This document shows positions 54,401-64,000 of a stretch of DNA of 64,000 bases, one piece after another. Positions within the stretch are counted from its first letter, which is position 1. Each line of letters begins with the position of its first letter. The translations under genes were made by a program, and so were the position numbers. The DNA comes from Phoronis australis (Eukaryota > Animalia > Phoronida), in NCBI GenBank assembly GCA_002633005.1, contig NMRA01000012.1, positions 1,320,564 through 1,384,563 on the forward strand. Direction: 5' to 3'. Under the pieces are notes generated by a model. That model made no database searches and was not told the DNA's origin. It was given only the letters and a program-made list of their open reading frames with translations.

Positions 54401-55471
54401 GGCACTTAATTTCTGCAGTGAACCTTTTGCTTCTACACATATCTTCGATAAAGCATAGCTACGAGAATTGATGTGATTTTGGCGAAAAATTCCAACTCCA
54501 CTTTTTTGGTCACGGTTAACTTTTTCACCGCGCGCGTGATAACCACAAGGTATTTCAACTGAGACACGTGAGTTTGGCAAAGGCTAGCGCGAGGCTCATG
54601 AGCGAAGCACGTGACCTAGGGCGTGAAACTTGCAAAATAGCATGGGGAGATATCAGGTGCAATTTGTAAGATTGGTGTCCCTTGGACTAACACGCGTGAT
54701 TGTACGTAACTTTCTCAAAATGGCACCCGGTGAGAGGAACTGAGCGAATCGTGACAGATTTTCATGGATATGTTCAAGTTATGTTGACTAAATTGTATCC
54801 AGAATCATCTTATGTGTTAATTATTACTCCATGTGCATACATGCATGTTTCATTCATTTGCTGTATTTTGAAATAAGTTACTAAGGGGATGTACTATCGC
54901 CCCTGTATGCCTGCGTCATTCAGGGCAATGTAATTGCCTATAACATTCAAAGGTATGCTTCGCCTATTAAAGAAGCCTGGAACGCGAAAAACAGACTAAA
55001 TTGCATTATTCGAATTGGTTCAGTGCCACTGAAACAGAATTCAACCAGTTCACCAGATCTTTTTACGGTTTGTTCGTAGAGATTTTGAATTTCTGTTGAT
55101 GTCAAAGCATCTTTTCTTTAGTTTCAAATTTCAAAACGAACCTGTCAACTGGTCGCCACTTCGTTCATTTTTCTCCCACAATGCAAAGTATGTATCCTTA
55201 TATGGTATAAGACATAGACGTAGCACATTTCCCTTATTTGGAAAATGTAGCCTTCGATCTTTGATGTAAGCAAAACAATCGCGACTTTAAGCAACAGTCA
55301 GTCCGATTTAGAGGCAATTGATGTAAGTCCTGTTTAAAATTATCATGATAGTACTCAATCACACATATTCTGAAATGCACTTGGAATTCTTTTTTGGAAA
55401 ATTGCTTACTTCACTGGCTTGCCTCATACTGTGCTATCGATCTCAGATTCGGAGTGCGATCCAATGAGCTT

Positions 55472-55517
55472 TATATATACATATACATATACATATTACA
55501 TATACATATACATATAT
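55472..55517. repeat. (TATACA)n-type microsatellite
   Basis: Directly visible. Confidence 0.85.
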
Positions 55518-55824
55518 CAAATTGGTGCGATCACACATATCCATCCCGTCAGACAGCTGCTTGTCGAATGACTGTGAGCGCATGCGCGCATTTATCATAA
55601 GTGGGAGGGAGATCTGAAACCATGTCTGTGGAGGCTACAGAGTTTTTCCTGCGCGCGTATGTCAAAAATCGTGAATTTTATGATTATTTTTCTGGAAATT
55701 CCCTCACAGGGGAAAGTGAATAACTCTGTACTAGACGTTGAGAGAAAGTACTTTTGCCAAGAATTGTTTTAAAGATATTTTTGACGAGCTTTCGCGTTCT
55801 TGTGGCTAAAAACAGAAATTAAAT

Positions 55825-56190
55825 TCTCATCGGTCTCCTATAATGTTTCTTACTGTGATAGTATTCCATTTCCGTTACCAACAAGAACACTGAAACCATG
55901 AGCGACTCAAGAAAGCGATTCAGAGTTAATTGGATTTGGCCAACTCTAAAACTGCGCATGTTACCGTTGTTTTTCCACCTGCTTAGCTAGCTAAAATTGA
56001 ATCTCGAATTGGGTCTTTCCTGGGACAAAAGTCGGTCTCACAATATTCCTAAGTACTAGGATTCTATTTGTTACCGACACGAACACCGATACCATCAACA
56101 ACTCAAGATAACGCTTCACTGAAAAGCCAGTTACAAGAGTGCCGTAATTAGCTAGCTTCAGAGTTTGTTGGGCGTTGGTCAACCCTAAAA
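55825..56190. repeat. Diverged ~200-bp direct duplication
   Basis: The pattern tcggtctc...gttacc...gaacac...accat...actcaaga occurs at ~55830 and ~56032. Confidence 0.55.
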
Positions 56191-58653
56191 TTGCGAATTA
56201 AAAAATGGCGCATGTAAGCAAAATTATCTATGACTTGAGTTGGCGGCTCATTTGGCAACAATTCAAGATCGGATGAGTGTGGCAGTGGCAAGTTTCAGGT
56301 CACGTGGGGTCTTATTGACAAGTCTAAATTTAGCCAAATATCCAAGATGAAAATTTACTAAGCAATAGTGTTTTTTTATAAACCAGAAATTCCTTAGAAT
56401 TTTATTATTGACTTACTTATCTGCCATTAATAAGCTCACGTGAATGCTTTTTAGTAAAATTTAGCAAAAGGAGAGGTACATTCCGAGCAAAGCGACAGGG
56501 TCAATTATACGACCAAATCTCGTATGATCTAAATGTTCAAGTTAAAATCCCAAAAAGCGCTCTGACAGCTTTCTAATTTATCGTTTCGATTTAGTTTTAT
56601 GCAAATTTTAGTTCTTTTCAAAAAGTCACACAAGTCCTAATTTTTATAGTCCCTCGGTCAAAAATGGAACATTCGAAAAACGATTCCTAACAGCGTGTTG
56701 GAAAACAATGCATAAAGCACGATATCTGATTAAAGCGTCATGTGAATCAGCATTTTCTGACATACGGTGTTCCGAAGATGGCCAAATTGGAAATTTTTCT
56801 AGAGTCCCACGTCGATAATTCACCATTGAGATCTAAACGGACAAAATAGCCCTCTTCAATAAAAAAATGGTTCAATACTTCTCGCATTCATCAACGAACC
56901 TCAATGGAAATCAAAAAGCGACTAACGCATTTCGCAAATCAGGGTACCTCCTTTAATTGCTTGACAGCATTTTAACTTTTGTTTACGTGGATTGCACACG
57001 TATGTTCCCACACCTGTAATCCACCATGCTGCTGTTCAGATTGACGCATAGACTGTTGAGATCTCGTGAGGCATTTTAATATCTGTACCGGCTACTTTTG
57101 TAGAACTTACTGAATACGTTTTGCACTACCAAGATAAATTCAAAAGTATGCATTTAAAATCGACTCTCGATTTTTATGAAACTTAATAAACAGGTTTCTA
57201 TTAAAGGGTTGACAGGATTCCGTTTTCGGGTAGATTCGATGTATAGTGGATATTTTTATTATCATGAAATTTTGCAAATAGGTTGCTATTAAAAAGACAA
57301 CGCCTTCTCATTTTCGGGCGGATTTGGATTTTTGGATGGGTTTAAGGTATTCTGAGCCATCTAATGGCCATTTTTATGATACAAGTAAACATCCCTTGAA
57401 GCACATCGTTTGCGGTGCAGTGGTGGGCGCATTTCAACACTCCGCGTTGCTCTTGTTTATGATACTGTCGTTGTCATTACTTTATGCTCGACCAAAATTG
57501 ATCCTTTTGCCTCGGTCGAATTTTTGATTTAGTTTTTCATGAAGTGTTCCACTAGAATAAATTTTGAGCGTAATTTGCGTTCGTGAATTGACCACAAATG
57601 TTGAAGAAAAATTCATTTTAGTATCCAAATTGATTTTTTTACCACCGAAGTAAAAGGCGTCAATAGATACTACTGAAAATGATTTTAGAAAATCACCATG
57701 TTGGCCGAGAAGTTTACTTTGAGGCAATATATATTTCAAAAGATTACACCGTGTCAGAAAACGAATAAGCAGTGAAATTCACACGAGAACTAATTGCAAT
57801 GGCAAATGAAGCAGAAACTAATGCGCCAACCCCCTCGAAGTGCAAATTAATGAGAGCTGGACGCTGGTGTGCGTACGTTTAGCAAATCATCCATCGTTAT
57901 ATGAAACAGGTACAATTAACACATCATTAGCAATTATATTGCACACCCAGTATGCACACTCCGTAATATTGACCTTATGAAAGCCTTTACTGCAGCCAAA
58001 GCGTAGCAGGGAATCGAAAGCACGGCGGAGGTATAAACAGGTAGTTTGCAGTACGTGCAAAGACGCGTGAAAAACCTCGTATGGTGGATGTGACTTTATT
58101 TAGATAATTCTAGTGTCTACTGTAGTTTCAATATACTTGTATTCATTCTCAACGTCTAATTTGGTAGGTCATTTACTGATCGCAGTCACTGGACTTCGAA
58201 AAAATATGTCAGATTGAATCTAGTGTGTATGATTTGACACTTTTAGTAGTGCTGAAATTAGTTAATGAAATAATCGTAGTGATTTCAATTATTATTTATA
58301 ATTTCAAAATAACACTAAACGACCGTATTTTTTTAGATTCGGTGGCCTAGTATATGTTATATTTTTGTGCGCCATCTTGTGAGATGACTAACACTGACTG
58401 TACCCACTTCCTCGGGCGTCAATGGGTCAACTTTAGAATGCTTGCGAGGGCATTGTTTCTGCTTATGTCACAGAAGAAATAAGAAAATGAAATTCGTTGA
58501 AATTTCCACTTAATAACAACCTGAACATGGCTTCACCGAGACCCCAGATTTCGCGCCTCCAGTCTCAACGTTTAGTCAGTTGTCCAGAACAGAACAAGCG
58601 TAGTTATATATTTTAGTCTACTGGTTAGTCTACTGCTTATATATTTTTGTATG

Positions 58654-58967
58654 CAGTGGCGGATTTAGGGGGTGGGTGGCAAGGGGGACATGGCCCCCCT
58701 AAAATGCTCCCAGATACCACTTGGCAGCTCGAGGTGCGAATTGCTGATTAGCATATGCGCGCACCCAGGGGGCTCGATGGGGACGAATGCACAATGCATA
58801 GGCCTTGAACAAACCCTGTTTACCGTTTTTTTTAGTAATAAGGTCCACAAACCCAAAAATTTGAGACCCCTGAATCCCTACATTTTGACTGGGCGCGCTC
58901 GTGTGGCGGAATTCTGGTTGTTCCTCTGGCCTAGCCCCCCTAACTCAAAATCCTGGATCCGCCCCTG
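58654..58967. mobile_element. 314-bp MITE with CAG(T/G)GGCGGAT termini and 5-bp TSD (gtatg)
   Basis: gtatg|CAGTGGCGGATTTAGG ... CCTGGATCCGCCCCTG|gtatg. Confidence 0.85.

Positions 58968-58970
<3 letters not shown>

Positions 58971-59044
<74 letters not shown>
58971..59044. repeat. Perfect (TG)n microsatellite
   Basis: About 37 uninterrupted TG units next to the MITE. Confidence 0.97.
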
Positions 59045-59049
<5 letters not shown>

Positions 59050-59343
59050 ATAGTACAAACATCAACCATTAGGGATACAATTATCAATTTTCGTTTCTTA
59101 ACAAGTTATTTTACTAAATGTAAATAAGCAAATTAATCATTTTTGGAATTTTATTTTTAATGTTAAAAAGGTAGGCTTTATTATTTACAATACAAACCCG
59201 ACATCTGGAGACCAAAGGGACAAATAGGAAACACTAAAGAGGCCGTCGCCAATTTAGAACATAGTAAATTCCTAAAAAGATACCATACAATAGTCCAAAG
59301 GTTCACAAATCCGCCAAATGCTGGCATTTTTAAGAAGTCCATA

Positions 59344-60628
59344 CGCCGAAGGCAGCGCAGACGCGGACTGACAGCAGGTAGGCTGGCCTGGTCGAAGCTG
59401 CCGAAGACAGCGCAGACGCGGACTGACAGCAGATAGGCGGACCTGGTCCAAGCTGCCGAAGGCAGCGCAGACGCGGACCGACGGCAGGTAAGCGGGCCTG
59501 GTCCAAGCTGACGAAGGCAGCGCAGACGCGGACCGACGGCAGATAGGCGGGCCTGGTCGAAACTGCCGAAGGCAGCGAAGACGCCGACCGACGGCAGGTA
59601 GGAGAGCCTCGTCCAAGCTGCAGCAGGCAGCGCAGACGTGGACCGACGTAGCAGGCCTTTTAGGCGGGCCTTGGCCAAGCTCAGTGCCGAAGGCAGCGCA
59701 GACGCGGACCGGCGTAGCAAGGGGGCGGGCCTTGGCCAAGCTGCCGAAGTCGGCGCAGACGCGGACAGACGTAGCAGGTATAGGCGGGCCTCGGCCAAGC
59801 TGCCCAAAGGGAGCGCAGACGGGGACAGGCGTGGCAGGTAGGCGGGCATTGGACAAGCTGCAGAAGGCAGCGCAGAGACGGGCAGACGTACAGGTATGGG
59901 GGCCTCAGCCAAGCTGCCGTAGCCAGTGCAGACACGGACCGACGAAGCACGGGTAGGCGGACCTCGGCCAATTTGAAGCTGCCGAAGGCAGCGCAACCGC
60001 GGACTGACGTAGAAGGTATGTACAGACGGGCCTCGGCCAAGCTGCCGAAGGCAGCGCAAATGAGAGGCGGCCTGAGTACGTAGCAGGTATGGGGGCCTCG
60101 GCCCCACTAGCTGCCGAAGCCAGCGCAGACGGACGCGGACCGACGCAGCAGGTACCTAGGCGGGACTCGGCGTAGCTGCCGAAGGCATCGCAGACGCAGA
60201 CCAGCGTAGCAGGTTGGCTGGCCTCAGTCGGCCAAGCTGCCGAATTAAGGCAGCGCAGACGCCGGACCCGCGTAGCATGAGGTAGGCGGGCCTCGACGGA
60301 CCAAGCTGCCGAACTCGGGGCCTCGGCCAAGCTGCCGGAGGAAGAGCAGACGCGGACCGGCGTTGCAGGTAGGAGCCCCTCGATCGGCCAAGCTGCCGAA
60401 GGCAGCGCGGACGCTTACCGACGTAGCAGGTAGGCGGGGCCTCGGCCAAGCTGCCGATGGCAGCGGAGACGCCGCCGACCGACTTAGCCGGTAGGCGGGC
60501 CCCGCCAAGCTGCCGAAGGAAGCGCAGACGCCGACCGACTTAGCCGGTAGGTGGGCCTCGGCCAAGCTGTCTAAGGCAGCGCAGACGCGGACCGACGTAG
60601 CAGGTTGGCGGGCCTCGACCAAGCTGCT
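59344..60628. repeat. GC-rich tandem array, ~22 units of mostly 55-66 bp, most with a GCTGCC-GAA-GGCAGC hairpin
   Basis: Consensus about ccaagctgccgaaggcagcgcagacgcggaccgacgtagcaggtaggcgggcctcgg. The period is 55 bp at 59397-59617. Confidence 0.95.
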
Positions 60629-61255
60629 GATGTTACATCTGCAGAGGAATTCAGTTACTACCATTGACCATGCATTTTGTGACCTTGAACGACGTTTGGA
60701 TTCATCCACTAAGCTGTGTCTTTCTTGATATATTAGGGTTTGTGTTAGTACGTTAGTGTAGTTGTTATTCGGATTAGAAAGAGTACGTGTTAAAACCAAC
60801 GCAACTCTACCAGCAAGTTATAATTAACAAAGGTCCAGTGCAAGGGAATGGTAATACTTTTGATAGATGCATAGATCTATCCATTAGAATACATGGCGTC
60901 ATCACGACCCAAACACTAACACTCGAGTACTGTTGTTACAGAGGAGAAGTGTAACTGCACGTATCAAGCAGACCAAAACGTTATCATTAAAAAGTTACAC
61001 ATCTGTATTTTTCTTCATGTAAGACACCATCTCATGGTGCGCACCCTCATGGAAGAAGCAAATTCCGGGGTTGTTTTACATTTTGACTCTGGTGTCATTT
61101 TGTGTTGGTGGTCCTGCGACATCTTTGATTCACTGACAGTGCATGGTGGCGAGGTCAGGGTCCTGCTTGTTAAGGTACTGTACTACCCCAGATAAAACGT
61201 TTACATTTCCCCTAACTTTGTAGGTTGATATCTCAGAAATAGATGCTCAAATTAA

Positions 61256-62670
61256 TGTAAAATTTCAAATACTCTGATTTACATATCGTTCACGAAATGA
61301 ATATGAAATGATTATAGTTTAGAACATTAACAGTGTTTCTGAGATCACTTCTGGAACATTTTCATTAAATGAATTTTGACCCTGTTATTAATACCGTTGT
61401 CTTACAATCAATATTCCTTTGTTCATTGGAAACATGTTATCGTTTTAAGAGATCGGGTCTTTAAACCAGGTGTGAAACAGTGTACATGAATAAAGACAGA
61501 TGCCTGAATGACTAGCGAGTAGAAATTTCACTTCGCTTTTCCAACTCAATGAGCAAGTGTTCAGTCTTATTTTGATGGGTCATACGAGTACACACATGTC
61601 TAGTCGAAACTGGTAACTTCCAGCTTGTTACAGCTGAACGGCACCATACCTTTTGACTCTGTTGTTATTCGTGTTAGTTGTCTTGCAGCACCTGTCGTAT
61701 ACTGCGCCACTGCTCGCGACGTGAGGACCGAATGTTAATGGTATACTGGTCAGCCAAAGTCCAGTAGTTCGATGAATTGCTAATTCGGTAAAAAATCTAC
61801 AATAAGGTTGAAATGAAGTCAAGCCTTTTTGAGAAGCGATAAAACCTATAGCACCTCAATTGACATCCACAAGTGAGAAAGATTGAGTGTCGAATGTTTG
61901 AAATCATGGTCTTCATGGTTGCGAAGGTTTGCAAGTTCACAAATCCATAAATCCGAAGATCCACACAAGTACGAAAATCAATTAGTCCGAAAGATGAAAG
62001 TACGAACTTTCATTACGTAAAATTTTCAAATACTCTGATTTACGCATCGGTCACGAAACGAAAATGAAATGATTATAGTTTAGAACATTACAGATCACCT
62101 ACAGAACATTTTCGTCAAATGAATTTCGACCTTGTTATTAATATCGTTGTCTTACAATCAATATTACTTTGTTTTTTGCAAACATTTTATTGTTTTTAAG
62201 AGATAGGGCCTTTAAACCAGGTGTGAAACAGTGTACATGAATAAAGACAGATGCCCGAATGACTGGCGAGTAGGATTTTCACTTCGCTTTTCCAAATCAA
62301 GCAAGTGTTCAGTCATATTTTGATGGCTCATAAGAGTGCACACATGTAGTCGAAACCGGTAACTTCCGGCTTGTTACAGCTGAACAGCACCATACCTTTT
62401 AAGTCTGCTGTTATTCGTGTTCAGTGGTCCTGCAGCACTTTTCGTATACTGCCAGTGCTCGCGACGACGTCAAGTACCGCATGTTAATGGTGTACTAGTC
62501 ATCCAAATTCCAGTGGTTCGACGCATGGCCAACTCGGTAAAAAATCTACAATAAGTCAAGCCTTTAGAAGTGATAAAACCCATAGCACCTGAACTGGCAA
62601 CTACAAGTGAGAAAGTGTGAGGGCTGAAGTTATGAAATCACGGTCTTCGTGGTTGCAAAGGGTTGCAAGT
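61256..62670. repeat. Tandem duplication with ~760-bp period (copies ~61256-61935 and ~62017-62670)
   Basis: Shared blocks include ttcaaatactctgatttac, tttaaaccaggtgtgaaacagtgtacatgaataaagacagatgcc and tcggtaaaaaatctacaataag. Confidence 0.92.
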
Positions 62671-64000
62671 CCAGAAGAATTGTTAGTTGTAAACTTGCGC
62701 GCACCCAGCCTTTAATATGGGAAGGGGGGGGGGGGGGGGNGGGGCTCGAAATTTTAACGATGCGCACCTTTTGCTAACAAAAAAGCGGCAGGACTAAAAA
62801 ACAAAAAAACGGGTACCACCTTCAGGACTGTGAACTGTGCGTCTGCGTCTTTTCGGGTGGACTTATCTCGTTTTCTGGGAATTTTTGTTTCTCTGTGACT
62901 AAGATGCTGTGAAGTATCCCATATGGTCAAATTTGGCTAACTTTGGAACGTCTTGGTCAGCGTATAAATAGTTACTTCCCGTGTGGGTACTGTTTTCAAA
63001 AACACTGTTTTAAAACGTTCCACTTTTGCATGATATTTTGCTGAGAATTCTGTAACAGTGGCGTTTTTGAACATTTATATAGTGAAATAAAAATTTGATC
63101 ACCTGTTGCTCAATGTAGCTTTCTTTTTCAATTTTACTAATAGGACACGGTCACGTGACCAAATTAATAGCAGGGTTGGTAAAAAGTAAAAAAAAAAAGA
63201 AATTCCACAGACTTTCCACTTTCAGAAAATAGGCCTATACCGTACTTTTACAGATTGAGCTAGGAAAATCTCCGCGTCCGTTTTCAGTCTAGCTGCTTAT
63301 TATGCAGTATAAGTTCCTACATAACCTTAATGGTTCACTAAGGCCTAACCTGGCTCCCAGTGCTCACACTCGCAGAGATCACTAATCTATATAGTGTCTG
63401 TGCAGGAGACAGTCACTAGGCCTTGTTTACTGAAGAAGGACTATGAGTGATCGAAGTTTTGAAGTTCGCCTTGGACGGTGCAGATCCTGGGTACACACAC
63501 CGCTGGGAACACGTCATCGGAATCAACAGTGATGAACGTATCTTTCTTCTTTTAATGAACATTTTGATTTACAAATTTAAAATTAGTGTTTGAATGGCGT
63601 GCAGCGCCAATGTCCTTTTCATGTCTGCTATTTAGTTACATTGATCTCTCACAGAGGGCGCAACAATAAAAACTGACAAACAGACAGACATAAAAGAAGG
63701 AAGCCGACAGGACCTTAGTGCTTAGCAGCAAAAAGAACTTGCTATAAAATGCTTATCAAAGTAAAGGTAAACGTCAAACCTCAACTTGTTTACAACTTAA
63801 AGCATCCCTATTTCTTAGATGCTCACTTAACGATATCCTTCGAATTCGAATGTGAAGTGTTTCAAGAGAGAATCTGATAGAGATTCAGTTTGTGACCAAA
63901 AAATAAAAATCCAACAAATGACTGTTCTCGCATACTTTCGCAGGTGGAACCCTCGACGATATACTACAAGAGGGCTGATTAAAGGTGTCTATGGGTTGAA

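Noticed and set aside
59344-60628. CRISPR-like array with palindromic repeats
   Set aside because: The intervening sequences are homologous to each other rather than unique spacers, there are no cas genes, and the context is eukaryotic.
59181-60799. Long ORFs (up to 308 aa) on both strands
   Set aside because: They are by-products of a stop-poor GC-rich tandem repeat. The unit length is not a multiple of 3, and the same peptides rotate through all frames.
62724-62744. Poly-G run as a G-quadruplex element
   Set aside because: It is a homopolymer containing an N, so its length is unreliable. It does show that N calls here accompany homopolymers, as at 44219.

Overview
AT-rich, intron-dominated eukaryotic genomic DNA, most likely from an invertebrate animal. 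The only protein-coding gene I can support is a + strand ataxin-1 (ATXN1-family) homologue. It has a large exon (43087-44431) and a terminal coding exon (50539-50889), separated by a 6.1-kb phase-0 GT-AG intron that splits the AXH domain. The ORF track misses the first half of the AXH domain because the frame shifts at an ambiguous base (N at 44219), probably a consensus error. The predicted protein (about 552 aa from ATG 43125 if one base is restored) has no polyQ but keeps the C-terminal RKRRWSAP motif (human Ser776 site). The 43 kb upstream looks like long 5' intronic sequence of the same transcription unit. It contains a near-perfect recursive-splicing signature at 410/411, many MITEs and foldback elements (two with 5-bp target-site duplications), tRNA-derived fragments and minisatellites. 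Downstream are a GC-rich tandem array whose units carry a GAA mini-hairpin, and a ~760-bp tandem duplication. No prokaryotic systems, CRISPR arrays or intact transposase genes were seen. All alignments were done by eye.
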